Shown one piece after another: positions 24,153 through 36,589 of a stretch of DNA of 64,000 nucleotides (positions within the stretch are counted from its first letter, which is position 1; the number at the start of each line of letters is the position of its first letter). The translations under genes were made by a program, and so were the position numbers. Source of the DNA: Gouania willdenowi. Taxonomy: Eukaryota. The notes beneath the pieces were generated by a model. That model made no database searches. It was not told the DNA's origin and was given only the letters and a program-made list of their open reading frames with translations. The stretch spans positions 1,444,717 to 1,508,716 of the forward strand of contig NC_041064.1 of NCBI RefSeq assembly GCF_900634775.1, given 5' to 3'.

Positions 24153-25124
24153 AGACATTAAGTGAAACAAAATAGTCTGATAAGTCAAACTCTAACAATA
24201 ACTCTCAGCACTGTTCAGGTTTAACACATAAAATACAGAACAATACACACTTTTACAGTTCAGTCGTCTTCCACAAATCCACCAAATTCTTCATCTTCAG
24301 TATCTGAGTTAAACAGTTGTGCGATTGCAGCATCAAGCATGCCTGGATCCCTCTCGTCATTATCCGAGTCAGTCCCGTTGCTGTCACTCAGCTGTTCGGT
24401 GATGATTCCAGACAAACAGGAAGCGCCAAGAAGGACCTCCTCGGAAGTCGTTGATCTTTATATCAAGTGTTACCGCTGCGGCTTTGAGTCAAATAGAGAC
24501 TGTAGAGACGTTTCTACCTGCTGTTCTCTGTTCAATAACCCACTGTTCAATTTTGTTCTCTAACCGTGGCCATTTTGCTTTGTTCCCTCGGAAACTCTGT
24601 TTGGTCTTTTTTAATTGGCGCAGGTTGTCTTCTTGCTTCTCTCACTTCTGCACCATTGATTCATTAACATTGAATTCTCTTGCACCTGCTCTATTCCCAT
24701 GCTCTAAAGCGTGACTGATAGCCTTGAGTTTGAAATCCGCTTCGTAAGCATGTCTCTTAACAGGTGTCATTTTGGGGTCCTTATACACACAATAACACCG
24801 GTATTACCAGTTTGTTGAAGCACAGTACTCATACATATCACTCCTCGAGGCGCCTGACTACGGTAGCCCTGAAGCGTGCAGCTTCATACTTGACCAAAGT
24901 TGTACTAAAACATTTTGACATATTAATACATGCATAAGGCGCACCTGATTATAAGTCCGAAAAATACGGTAATTTCAGTAGTAGGCAGTGTTAGGCGGTA
25001 ATGTATGTTACATGTAACACGTTACAGCCCCAACATTACTTTTGACAGTAACTAGTACTGTAACGCAATATTTGGTAAAGAAATAACACAGTTACCATTT
25101 CAATATGGTGGGTTTGTTGATAGT

Positions 25125-25420
25125 GAAGGTCACCTGATCACTATAACTTCACTCACGCCACACCTGCGTCTTCGTGTGACTGATATGTTTATGTTTGTTA
25201 GGTGTACATCCAGGTGTGGCGTAGGTGTGCATACACTTGAATGTGTATGTACATTAAAGCACACATGCGGACGTGACTTGTGCATGTGCCCGTCTACCCA
25301 TTCTAAGTCATTGGAAAATGTAGATCAGACGTGCAGGCGCGCAGGGTACGCGTTCGTTTATGCGTTCGTTGGACTAATGCGCATGAATTTAGAAGTGATC
25401 CACCCCTCATAACACCACAG
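25125..25420 (+). mobile_element. ~300-bp interspersed repeat (copies also at 23930-24010, 28585-28880 inverted, 29090-29310, 54100-54300)
   Basis: Shared ends: 'tcacctgatcactata(a/g)cttcactca(c/t)gccacacctg...' and '...gcgcatgaatttagaag(t/c)gatcca(c/t)ccc'. Copies sit next to (TG)n tracts. Confidence 0.55.
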
Positions 25421-25445
25421 CTTTAGCTGCACCTTCCAGCATCAA

Positions 25446-25491
<46 letters not shown>

Positions 25492-25525
25492 TGTTGTGTG
25501 TGCGTGCGCGTGCGTGCGTTCACAG

Positions 25526-25668
25526 GTGAGCCCTTCCAGGAGGACAGCGGTCTAAACCCAACCAACCCTCTGGACTCTGTTGCATCTGGACTCCTGGACA
25601 GCAGTGGTCAGCAGCTCCCTCTGGAGGCGGTTCATGTGAAGTGTAAACTGATGGATCTGCTCGGTCAG
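25526..25668 (+). CDS. parp4: PARP4 exon 14
   Basis: '(G)EPFQEDSGLNPTNPLDSVASGLLDSSGQQLPLEAVHVKCKLMDLLGQ'. The acceptor follows (TG)n/(GCGT)n. Donor 'cag|gtgagg'. Confidence 0.65.
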
Positions 25669-25737
25669 GTGAGGAAATAGAACCTGTTCACCTTCAGCTT
25701 GAAACTTTCTCATTAATCATCAGCTTTTTTCCTCCAG

Positions 25738-25869
25738 GTGATAATTTTTCAGAAATACACCAATCACAGCGCGGTGCCCATTGAAGCCAAGTACGTGTTC
25801 CCATTGGAGGATTCTGCAGCAGTGTGTGGGTTCGAAGCCTTTATTAATGGGAAACATGTGGTGGGAAAG
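25738..25869 (+). CDS. parp4: PARP4 exon 15 (VIT domain start)
   Basis: 'VIIFQKYTNHSAVPIEAKYVFPLEDSAAVCGFEAFINGKHVVGK'. Acceptor 'cctccag'. Donor 'aag|gtaagg'. Confidence 0.7.
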
Positions 25870-26513
25870 GTAAGGTGGTAATTCTTTTTCTTATTCCATC
25901 ATCTTTAAATCCCAACTCTGCATTTACCTAAAGTAATAATCAGGGTTTTCTGGTTTTTTTCTGTGACAATGACAAGACGACGACAAGAAAAACTTCATAA
26001 TAACATTTGTTCACAATACAACACTGAAATCCACCAGGTGGCAGGGGCGTGGTCAGCCTGACAGAACTCTCAGTTTGGCCACGCCCAGTAACAACTTATA
26101 AGGACACATCAAAATGATCAACAGATGCCTCTGAGGAAGACTGACAGTTGACAGTCGGAACATGTCAGGAGATCAAAAAAGGTTGTCTGAATAAATGAAA
26201 CCTTAAAATATCAACTTCTAGGTCCTCTCACTTTACTGCCCTTTGACCTCCACCGTGATTGGCTCTTAGCGTACACTTACAATACCCTATGAGAATGAAA
26301 TATTCCCATGGTATTTCCTTATCAGAATCAATACTTAATTATAATCTAGGTTCCCACCCTCAGACCATTCTCTTCTTCTTTGTAGTATCCCTGTTCTTCG
26401 TAGTAGTATTTTTTGTTGTAGTCTTCTACGTAGTCTTCTTCTTTTTCTTCTTCATAGTCTTTTTTGTAGTTTTCATCTTCATCATCATCTTCTTCTTTTG
26501 TGTTTGAACACAG

Positions 26514-26600
26514 GTGAAAGAGAAGGAGGCGGCCCGTAGGGAGTACAGGCAGGCGGTGCAGAGTGGCCATGGAGCTTATCTGATGGACCAGGAGGCTGCG
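26514..26600 (+). CDS. parp4: PARP4 exon 16 (VIT)
   Basis: 'VKEKEAARREYRQAVQSGHGAYLMDQEAA'. Donor 'gcg|gtagca'. Confidence 0.65.
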
Positions 26601-26605
26601 GTAGC

Positions 26606-26670
<65 letters not shown>

Positions 26671-26689
26671 AGTGGCTCCTCCTCCACAG
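26601..26689. repeat. Intron 16 made almost entirely of (AC)n (~33 units)
   Basis: 'gtagcaac(ac)n...ctgagtggctcctcctccacag'. 89 nt between the exon 16 donor and the exon 17 acceptor. Confidence 0.8.
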
Positions 26690-26857
26690 GATGTGTTCAC
26701 CATCAGCGTGGGGAACCTGCCGCCCGCCGCCTCCGTCCTCATCAAGGTGACCTTTGTGTGTGAGCTGGTGGTCTGTAGGAGCGGCAGCATCCTCTTCTCC
26801 CTACCTGGCTCGGTGGCTCCGTGGCAAGAGACCGCGGCGCTCAACCAGAACACACAG
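26690..26857 (+). CDS. parp4: PARP4 exon 17 (VIT)
   Basis: 'DVFTISVGNLPPAASVLIKVTFVCELVVCRSGSILFSLPGSVAPWQETAALNQNTQ' versus the remembered human '...DVFTVSVGNLP...TVAPWQQDKALNENLQ' (recalled, not checked). Confidence 0.75.
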
Positions 26858-26952
26858 GTCAAAGGGGTGTGGTCAAGGGGGCGTGGTCAGAACGGCCCAG
26901 TGAGAAGCTAGACAATAGGTTTGTAACAGGAGTTTTGTTTGTCCCTCTACAG

Positions 26953-26999
26953 GACACGGTGAAGAAGCTGCATGTGAGCGCTGAGTCAGCCAGTACCAG
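26953..26999 (+). CDS. parp4: PARP4 exon 18
   Basis: 'DTVKKLHVSAESAST' versus the remembered human 'DTVEKICIKEIGTKQ' (recalled, not checked). Donor 'ag|gtacag', phase 2. Confidence 0.65.
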
Positions 27000-27014
27000 G
27001 TACAGAACCTCCGT

Positions 27015-27900
27015 CACATTCTGCTGACCAGGCATTAAACCAGCTTGAAGGAATGTGAATTATTAACGATCATCGTTGCATTCTCTGCTCAGGAACAAAG
27101 ATGTTGTGATTGGTTTGATTTAGTGATGAATCAATCAAAGCTTAAAGATCTGTGTTTAACTAAACACATTATTATGTATTAAAAATAGGACTACTTTACA
27201 GTTGTAGAGCCTGTGTTCCTCCATCTTGGAATCATGTGGTTGACGATGTCACATGGCCCCACTGCCTGTAAACATCCCATTGTTTTCTATTGGAGAACTG
27301 TGAAGGACTTCCACCCAAAAGTCCTTCTATCCTCTGGGTTTGCCTGTCTTTAACAGTCTGTGATTTACTCTCTAACTTCAGCCACCACAGCGTGTCAGCC
27401 CACTGTTTAAGGAAGAGTAAAGGTCCCTTAGGAAAGCTCTTCCTCTCTGCATCATTGTTTACTACCAAACCTCAGAGTTGGAACTACCACCCCCTGCATC
27501 ACATATTTCTTTTGGGTCACAACTGTTTTTATCCTGTTTCTGTAAACAAAATAGGTTTACATTGACATCTTTAACTTTTCCTGTTTTTTAGAGCAACCAA
27601 AAGCAGCACAAGTTGTTAATGTGGCTGAAAAATCTACTAAATGATCTAAAAATCAGGCTGAATGTTTCACTTCAGTAGAAAACATGGGATGTTTACAGGC
27701 AGGGCCGTGTGACATCATCAATCACATGATTTCAAGATGGAGGAACACAGGCTGTAAAACTGTAGTCCTACTTTAAAAGGCAAAGAAATGAATATGATAC
27801 ATAATGTGTTTTATTAGACAGAGATATGCTAATGAGGACATTTAGAAGATTTTAGGCCAAATTTGTAAAAACAGTGGAAGGAGACGAGTGTCACTGAATA
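27015..27900. mobile_element. Near-palindromic MITE (copy 1)
   Basis: 27150-27300 is the reverse complement of 27640-27790 ('...ggactac(t)ttacag(t)tttacagcctgtgttcctccatcttg(g/a)aatcatgtg(g/a)ttga(c/t)gatgtcaca(t/c)ggcc...ctgcctgtaaacatccc'). A second copy in the same orientation lies at 32870-33870. Confidence 0.6.
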
Positions 27901-28481
27901 CCGCCCCCTACTGATGTGGAGGTATTTATTATAATAATAATAATAATAATAATAATGCATTGCATTTTAAATAGCGCTTTATCATAGACACTCAAAGACG
28001 CTTTACAGAATTAGGGCATTATTCTTTCACTCCACACTTAGTGGTGGTAAACTACTATTGTAGCCACAGCTGCCTTGGGGCAGACTGAAGGAAGTGAGGC
28101 TGCCATATTGCGCAATCGTCCCCTCCCACCACCACCAACACTCACTCACACACTACATTCATACTAGGCAATGTGGGTGAAGTGCCTTGCCCAAGGACAC
28201 AATGACAGATACCACTGCAGTGACTGTTCTCAGTGGTCTCCATCTAACTACTAACCAGGACCAGACCTGCTTAGCTTCACAGATCTAACCAGATCATATG
28301 ACAGACTGGTATGGTTTATTTAATTAAGCGAGCATACAGTGTAACAGATTTGATCAGTTTTCCCAGCTCCGCTCAGTGAAAGTGTGTTCCTTACATTAGT
28401 GACATTTAACTTTAGGGGCCGTTATTCAAACCCAAGCATGGCTAAAATCACCACTTCCTAAGAACGTCTCTCTTTTCTCAG

Positions 28482-28563
28482 AGAGTTCAGCTTGGACATG
28501 TCGGTGGAGATGCCGTGTGTCGTCTCCAGCCTGCAGTGCATCACTCACAAAGTCAAGATGAAG
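28482..28563 (+). CDS. parp4: PARP4 exon 19
   Basis: '(R)EFSLDMSVEMPCVVSSLQCITHKVKMK' versus the remembered human 'SFSLTMSIEMPYVIEFIFSDTHELKQK' (recalled, not checked). Followed by 'gtaaga' then (TG)n. Confidence 0.7.
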
Positions 28564-31099
28564 GTAAGAGTGTGTGTGCGTGTGTGTGTGTGGCGCTTCT
28601 AAATTCATGCGCACCAGTCCAGCGAACTCGTACCCGTGGTCCTGCACGTCTGATTTACATTTCCCATAGACTTAGAATGGGTAGACGGGCACAATGCACA
28701 AGCATGTGTGCTTGCAGACATGTTAACATGCTTGCAGACGTGCCCACACATACGCCACACTGGGCACAAATGGATGTACACCTAATAAACATAAATATAT
28801 CAGTCACACGTAGACACAGGTGTGGCGTGAGTGAAGCTATAGCGATCAGGTGACCTTCACTATCAATAACCGTCTACGTGACATGTAAACACTTGGAAAA
28901 AATTGTTACGCACTTAAGCGTGCAGGCGTGTACACGTGTGCAGGTATGTAAGTGTGTGTGTGAGTATATAACAGATCACCATTTAGTCTGGTTACAGTCT
29001 GTGTCACTACACCCGTTCATAGAGTGGTAGTGACTGTAGTGCTACGCTCTGAGTCAGATCATTGCTGTGATTGGACAGAATACAACACTTACTGACGTGC
29101 ATGTGTGTAAGTGCGTAACAATGATTTCTTAGTGTTTACATGTCATGTAGACGGTGCTACATAGTGAAGGTCACCTGATCACTATAGCTTCACTCATGCC
29201 ACACCTGCCACTACACCTAACCACGTAAATTAGGTAAGTTTAGTGAAAGTTAGGCAGGCAGGTACGCGTGTTGGACTGGTGCACATGAATTTAGAAGCGA
29301 TCCATCCCCCGTAGTGTGCGCGTGTGCGTTCTAGGGATGCAACAATGCAGTCAGCCCACGGTTCAATATGTACCTCGTTTTTTGGTCACGGTTTGGCTCT
29401 GATGGTCCAGGCCGTTACAGTGTTTGCAGTGAAATAAAACCATCATTGTGCTACATTTAAAATTTTCTACATTTGTGACGTCACAAGTAAAATTGGGAAT
29501 CATTGTTGCCAGATCAGATCTTAGAACCCGCCCATTCCAATAAAAACAGCCCAAACACGAACCACGAATCTGGCAACACTTGTGTTTGTTACACAATGCG
29601 ACGAAGTGGTTTCCCAAAACAGCGGACTATTGAATGGACTATTCCTGTAATCTCTACATGAGATGATGACAATAAAGCAACGTAGCACTTCCGGTAAGTG
29701 TTTGAAGCAGCTGACTCAGCTGCTTTTGCTGTTGAAGATGCTGTTGCTGCACGGTGCATACACTTCATAAAACTGTGTTTTTCTGACTCAATCTCTGCTT
29801 AAATATCCATGTGTTTTACTGTGAAGTGTAGTTTTTTGGCTGAAAACAACGAGTGTGTGAATAGCAAAAGAAAGTCGCTAGTGATCAACTGCTGTGTGGA
29901 GTCCACGTCTATAGACACGCCCACTCAAACAGTCCGGTTTTAAAAGTGGTCAGAAAGTGACTTTTCAGAGACTAAAACTCTGGAAAACAGGTGAGTTTGG
30001 GAAAATAAACCTCAAATACTAGGTTGTTGGGGTTCTTAGAACAAATGGAGATGGGTAAAAAATAACATTTGTCCCATTTAAACCGTTTTATTTTACGTTG
30101 AAGCAAAATCAAATTCATACACATTCCTGTATATAGTGTATTTTATGATATAAAACAAACACAACTTCATAAAATACATATAAAATAACACTTCCAAAGG
30201 ACAAGTGCTTAACCCTGGCAGTCCATATACAAACTAAGGAAATATTCATTAAAAAATAAAATAAAAAACAAACAAAAAATTCACTACTTTAAATAAATAA
30301 ACCTGTACTTCAGTAAACCTGGCCATTTATTTAGTAACATGGATCCAGTGCCATACCAAAAGTACATAATGTTGTGAGCGTCACCAAACTTTAGCGCGTT
30401 GTGATTGGCTTATTAACTCACTTGGTGGGTTTTCCTTACCCTGGCTGAGCAGTAGTAACCAATGAGCTTTGCCTAAAATCTCATTTACTTGCCAGGCTTG
30501 AAACTCACAGAGATAAATACAGGTGACACATGTAGAGTTAAATACTGCTTCACTTGATAACTTTTGGTATTAAATGAACCATCTTTAAATGTTTATTTTC
30601 ACTGAAACATTGAGACAAATGTACAGTAAGTGTTGCAGAGAGGATTTTATTTAAGAAGCTGCAGATTTTTGTGAAATATTACACAATAATTTAATGTACA
30701 AATGTTACATGCTTTACGAGTGGTTAAAAAGTTGTTAGTGGCTAGTAAAATAGGGACAATGATTTCCTTTGAAATTTAATGAAAGTAAAACAATTTCTTG
30801 AATGAAGAAAAAAAAAGTAATAGTAATAATTCAGTACGTTTGAAGTAGCTCGCAGTTTCAGAAAGGTTGGTGACACTATTAGTGCTGTCAAGAGATTAAA
30901 AAATTGGTACGATTAATTAATTACGCTCTGTAATTAACTAATCTATTCTTTAATCGCACCTAAATATTGCAGAGAAACGCCCTCAACTTGAGGTATTCAT
31001 TTAAATTACATTATTGTGGCAGATAAAAAGATTGGTATATAACAAAGTGGCTTTATGAAGTAATTTATTGTTTTTAACAAAGTTCCTCTGAATGTGAGA

Positions 31100-31925
31100 C
31101 TCGTCCCGAGGGCTGCTGACGTCTTTAGTTCAGACCATCAGGGAATTATTTGTGTACTTTAGTCAATCTACACATAATAGAATACAGTATACAAATGAAA
31201 TAAAACATCAGGACTTATTCATTTTTGCTCTGAACCCTGTCATCTTGTCAAGTTTGGCAACACGGCGTGCTTGGAGCATGTTGGAGTTAGCACTACCGAG
31301 CTGTCCATGCTAGCTGCTACATGTTTAGCATTGAGGTGCTATCTGCTGCATGTTTAGCATTGAGGTGATAGCTGGTACATGTTTAGCATTGAGGTGCTAG
31401 CTGCTACATGTTTAGCATTGAGGTGCTAGCTGCTACATGTTTAGCATTGAGGTGCTAGCTGCTACATGTTTAGCATTGAGGTGCTATCTGCTACAAGTTT
31501 AGCATTGAGGTGTTAGCTGCTACATGTTTAGCATTGAGGTGCTAGCTGCGCCATATTTAGCATTGAGGTGCTAGCTGCTACATATTTAGCATTGAGGTGC
31601 TAGCTGCTACATATTTAGCATTGAGGTGCTTGCGGAGGCTGCAAAGCCTCGGTCGTTGACAAACTTGTACTTGCTTGATTTGCACACAACGAGGCCTGTG
31701 TTTTCCATCCAATGTTTTTATAAGCCAAAATTAACGCAAACAAAGCTGAGAAGCTTGGTAGTCTTCTGTCTGTGCATCAGTATAATGGGTATACCGGGAA
31801 CTCTTGAAATGAAAAAGGTTCTGCGCTGTTAAGAGTGTTAAAAAAAATTGATTAACAGCATTATATTTTTAGCGCGTTATTTTTTCCTGTAATTAATTAA
31901 TCACAATTAACGTGTTAAAGTGACA
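31100..31925 (-). mobile_element. Repeat element carrying a 33-bp minisatellite (copy A; inverted relative to copy B at 37770-38700)
   Basis: 31300-31640 holds ~10 units of 'gctagctgctacatgtttagcattgaggt'. 31640-31925 is the reverse complement of 37770-38080 ('...ctgtaattaattaat(c/t)a(c/t)aattaacgtgttaaag...'). Confidence 0.6.
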
Positions 31926-32124
31926 GCCCTTGAGCCTAAACTGTAAAAACTGCAGTTCACGTGTCTGTATTGAACCGTGGAGGCCGTACTGAACGGTTTA
32001 TTATGTTATTGAGAATCATTGCATAGTGTGTTCACATGTGAGCAGAGAAACTGAAATGGTTTGAGCTGTTTTTTCTCCTGCATGTCCTCGGACGACCAAT
32101 AAAATGTATTATTATTATTATTAG

Positions 32125-32262
32125 AGGACGGACTGTAAGGCGGTGCTCAGCGTGCTTCCTGGAGCCGTCCTCGGCCCCGACGGTTTCCAGCTGTCCATCA
32201 CTCTGTCAGATGTCCACCTTCCTAGGATGTGGGTGGAGAAACACCCAGAGAAGGACAGCCAG
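32125..32262 (+). CDS. parp4: PARP4 exon 20
   Basis: 'RTDCKAVLSVLPGAVLGPDGFQLSITLSDVHLPRMWVEKHPEKDSQ' versus the remembered human 'RTDCKAVISTMEGSSLDSSGFSLHIGLSAAYLPRMWVEKHPEKESE' (recalled, not checked). Confidence 0.8.
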
Positions 32263-32341
32263 GTCTGAGCCTCCTCTTCCTCCTCATCTTCCTCTCAGAG
32301 CCCACCCTGTGTTCTGATTCATCCTGTCTCCCCCCCCGTAG

Positions 32342-32531
32342 GCCTGCATGTTGGTGTTCTACCCAGACTTTGAGTCCAGTTCCAGCGCAGACAGCAGTGA
32401 GGTGGTTCTCCTGTTGGACGTGTCTCAGTCCATGAGAGGAGAACCTCTAAGAACCGCTCAGAGAGTTGCTCTGCTCGTGCTCAACAACCTCCACCACAAC
32501 ACCAGAGTCAACGTCATCCAGTTCAGCACAG
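32342..32531 (+). CDS. parp4: PARP4 exon 21 (vWA domain start)
   Basis: 'ACMLVFYPDFESSSSADSSEVVLLLDVSQSMRGEPLRTAQRVALLVLNNLHHNTRVNVIQFST' versus the remembered human 'ACMLVFQPD...VIICLDCSSSMEG...KQKVNIIQFGT' (recalled, not checked). Donor 'g|gtaggg', phase 1. Confidence 0.8.
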
Positions 32532-32869
32532 GTAGGGGGCGACCAGGAGTCTGTACTCAGACTGTAATGCTGGTTTTTAAAAAGCTATTGTTTTTAAAAT
32601 GAAAGAAAGAAAATCTTTATTGTTTGCAGTGACAGAAAGTCACGTCACTTGTGCAACACATTGACACATAAGGAAGTTTAAGGATAATTCTAAAAAGCAT
32701 TCTAAAGTGTTGGAGATTATTTATGAACTATTGTTCGTTTAAAGGGATCCTCCACTTTGTTTACTAGTTTGGCCTAAAATCTTCTCAATGTTCTTATGTA
32801 CTTACCTATGTCTAACAAAACACATTATTATGCACCAAATTAATTTAAATTTTCTTTTAAAAATAGAAC

Positions 32870-33870
32870 CTCACATTCTGCTGACCAGGCATTAAACCAG
32901 CTTGAAGGAATGTGAATTATTAACGACCCTGTCTCAAATGATCACCGTTGCATTCTCTGCTCAGGAACAAAGATGTTGTGATTGGTTTGATTTAGTGATG
33001 AATCAATCAGAGCTTAAAGATCTGTTTCTAACTAAACACATTATTGTGTATTAAAAATAGGACTACTTTACAGTTTTAGAGCCTGTGTTCCTCCATCCTG
33101 GAATCACATGATTGATGATGTCACACAGCCTCACTGCCTGTAAACATCCCATTGTTTTTTATTGGACTGAAACATTCAGCCTGATTTATAGATCATTTAA
33201 CAACTTTTTAGATCATTTAGAAGCTTCTTCAATCACAACTTGTGCTGCGTTTAATTGCTCTAAAAAAAGTAATCACAGCCTGTTGAAGACACACAAACCC
33301 TGGGGATAGAAGTCCTTTTGAGTGGGAGTCGTGATTACTCATTAACTTGCGCCACCAGAGCGTGTCAGCGTACTGTTTAAGGGAGATTAAAGGCCCCTTA
33401 GGAGAGCTTTTCTTCTGTTTCATTGTCTACTACCAAACCTCAGAGTTGCAACTGCCGCGCCCTGTGGTCACAACTGTTTTTATCCTCTTTCTATAAACAA
33501 AAGGTTTACAACAACATATTTAACTTTTCCTGATTATTTAGAGCAACCAAAAGCAGCACAAGTTATTATTGTGACTGAAAAATCTACTAAATGATCTATA
33601 AATCTGCTAAATGATCTATAAATCAGGCTGAATGTTTCACTCCAATAGAAAACAATGGGATGTTTACAGGCAGTGGGGTCGTGTGACATCATCAGTCACA
33701 TGATTTTAAGATGGAGGAACACAGGCTCTAAAACTGTAAAGTAGTCCCATTTTTAAGGAAATTAAATTAATAGGGTACATAATAATGTGTTTTGTTAGAC
33801 ATAGATCTACTAATAGGGACATTTAGAAGATTTTAGGCAAAACTTGTAGAAATGTTAAGGGATCCTTTAA
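32870..33870. mobile_element. Near-palindromic MITE (copy 2, same family as 27015-27900)
   Basis: 32880-33170 is ~90% identical to 27015-27300. An internal inverted arm at 33640-33760 pairs with 33060-33170. Confidence 0.6.
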
Positions 33871-33987
33871 GATGTTAATATGCTGTAAATGTTCTTCTTT
33901 CTCGTTTGGGTGGATTTGTCACTTATGATCTCCTCTGGTTTCGAACACTGTCCAAATGAGCTCCTTTTGTCTTTGCTTTCCTTTAAG

Positions 33988-34058
33988 TCTACAGAGAAGC
34001 CTTCCTGACAACTCGACCAATAGCAGAGGCCCGTCAGAAAGCGGAGCGCTTCATCAGG
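33988..34058 (+). CDS. parp4: PARP4 exon 22 (vWA)
   Basis: '(V)YREAFLTTRPIAEARQKAERFIR' versus the remembered human '(G)YKELFSYPKHITSNTMAAEFIMS' (recalled, not checked). Donor 'agg|gtgagt'. Confidence 0.6.
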
Positions 34059-35980
34059 GTGAGTCAGGGCTCCTCCTATTGGTTGATGAAGTTACCTTCA
34101 TCGTTGGACTTCTGAGCTACTCTGACTGTGGGTTTGTGATTCCTCTTTGTTTTAACACATGTTGTCAGTATGTCTGTGCTGAGAGGGATCAGCCGCCCTC
34201 CTGTTTCCACTCAGGTGTGCCTATCTTCAGATTACCTTCCTTCAGCATTTAAAAACGTGCTTGGACAGTGTTGTTGGTTTCTGTCTGGATGTGTTCTTTG
34301 TTGGTTTGAGTTTGAACTTCTCTCAGCTTGTTTCTACTTATTTGGACTTTATTTTGATCTCTACAATTCATTAAAATGGCTTTATTATTATTTTTTTTTT
34401 TTTTTTTTGTTTTTTTTTTTTTCTCTTGTCTGCACATTCTGTCGAAGGTTAACACTACAAGAAGTGCAATCTTTTAACAGCAATGCATATTTTGTTATTG
34501 CAATTAAATAAATTTATTTATTTCATTGCATAATTGTGACCATCACCAGCCCTCCCTAGGGAAGGGTAAGAAATACTTTATTAAAGGGAGGATGTAAAAA
34601 AAGAGAGGGCAGTGTTACACCAAGGTGAGGGGGTGGAGGGGGGTGGGGAAGTTAACAGGGAAGAGGAATACAAGATAGGAAATGGAATGGGTGGGGAGTA
34701 GTCGATAGGTTTCAAGTGATGCGATGTGAAATTGTGGTTGTGTATATTGTGCTTATCGTTATCAAGCCAGTTTGGTGACCAGTGTGCGGCTTAGGAATAA
34801 TGGTGGTGGCTGTGAACAGAGGAATGGCTTTATTAGATACTCGTGCCTGGTGTAGGTTGTGGCTCAGTGACTTTTCCACCTATGTCACATATGTTGAACC
34901 ATTATTGTCAGTTTTAACCTTTTTTCACCATATTTTATGATTCTTTTTGGCCAATTTAACCACATTCACTATTAGTCATGCTCATTGTTTTCCAGTTTAA
35001 GCTAATTTAAGCTAATTAAGCTAATACTTCAGGATCCTCATGTGAGCGTTCAGATAATTTTGACTAAATGGTTCCGACAAACCTCACAACCAAATGGTTA
35101 CTCAAGTGTTCCTGACTCTATCCCAACCTAAGGGCTTTTCTCATGTGGATTCTCATTTGAGTTTGTAGCCTTTGTAATGTAGCGCATGCTGCTGTTGGTT
35201 CTCCAACTTTGAAAATAACTGTTTTTCAGCATTGAAGGCAAACGAGCTGGGTTTTCATCACAGATTTTAGCAAAATAAAAGCGATTTTTCTGAATGTCAA
35301 CATATATTGTGCTTTGAACGTCTTTCCATTGCAGGTTGTTGTGGAGCCTGGTAACTCTGGTAAAATCTCATCTTTGCTGACTTTGCTGCATAAAGACAAA
35401 CGCTCCAAACCTCCTTAGAATACTCTGCATTCCTTTGTTGTTTCACGTCTATTGTGGCAGTAATAATTATTAGGTGTAATAAGAAATGTCTGGGTCTCCT
35501 CTTCTGTCCACACGTACCGTTCCATGTTTTCTTGGAGAGAAGGTTTGTCAGTTTTGTGACGTGTATTTGTGTAAAAAGTGTTTCCATGGCGCTTTTGCGT
35601 AACATTGCAATATCGAAACGTCTGAAAAACCTCCTTATGAAAGCGTAAAAAGTTTTTGCCGATATTTGAGTGTTTTCCAATTGCCCCATGGGGCTAATTA
35701 ACGTTTTTTCTGATTCTGATTTATTTTAAATTCAGGTGTTTACATTACTAGTTTTTATTGAGATATTTAGATTTTGTGCATTTTCAAGGGTAATGGAAAC
35801 ACAGCTATTGTCAGCGTGTTGTGATGCAGTTACCCTGAGGGAGAGGGACCATGGGTCAGTTAATGTCCTTACATGGCCCAGCCCTAGCTTGATGGATTTA
35901 AAATATTTGACAGTTTTCCATAGTTTTCCTCCTGTTTTGTGTCCTGTAGCTCATTAAGTTATGTTTCTCTCTGCTGTCAG

Positions 35981-36168
35981 CATCCTGTACTCTCATTGGA
36001 CAGCACTGAGCTGTGGCGGCCTCTGCGGGCCCTCAGCCTGCTCCCTCTGTCCCGCGGGGTCAGAAACTTGCTGCTGCTGTCGGACGGACACATCCAGAGC
36101 TCTGAGCTCACGCTGAGGCTGGTCAGAGAAAACCAGAGGCACAGTCGCCTGTTCTGCTGCGGCCTCAG
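35981..36168 (+). CDS. parp4: PARP4 exon 23 (vWA)
   Basis: 'HPVLSLDSTELWRPLRALSLLPLSRGVRNLLLLSDGHIQSSELTLRLVRENQRHSRLFCCGL' versus the remembered human 'TPTMGNTDFWKTLRYLSLLYPARGSRNIFLVSDGHLQDESLTLQLVKRSRPHTRLFACGI' (recalled, not checked). Confidence 0.75.
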
Positions 36169-36239
36169 GTCAGCACACACACCTCAGCCACAGCTCTACC
36201 TGCAGGACGCCCGCGGTCTCACTTCTGATGTTCTTTCAG

Positions 36240-36339
36240 CCCCACGGCCAACCGGCACATGCTGAGGGCGCTGGCACAGGCGGGGGGCGGGGCCTGTGAG
36301 TTCTTCGACACAAAAGCTGAACACAACTGGAAGGAGAAG
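36240..36339 (+). CDS. parp4: PARP4 exon 24
   Basis: '(S)PTANRHMLRALAQAGGGACEFFDTKAEHNWKEK' versus the remembered human 'GSTANRHVLRILSQCGAGVFEYFNAKSKHSWRKQ' (recalled, not checked). Confidence 0.75.
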
Positions 36340-36589
36340 GTGAGAGTTATTTTCCTTGTGCTGTTTTTTTTTTCCTTTCTTTTTTTTTTCTCTTTTTCTT
36401 TTTTTTTTTACTTTGTCTGCTCTCACTGTCAAAGGTCAACACTACAACAACACTCCTTATGCTGTTTTTAAACTGTACTTGGCAAATAAAAACCTTTGTG
36501 ATTCTAAATGGGCTATAAAATACACTATTAATCATATTCATCAATTTGGCGACCCACTTGCTCAAAACAACATTATTTTAGCATAAGTT

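Noticed and set aside
35297-35689. 130-aa ORF on the - strand and the possible parp4 exon 'VVVEPGNSGKISSLLTLLHKDKRSKPP'
   Set aside because: The segment at 35230-35500 is duplicated at 45840-46080, so it is an interspersed repeat. It is not needed for the parp4 reading frame, because exons 22 and 23 join in phase without it.
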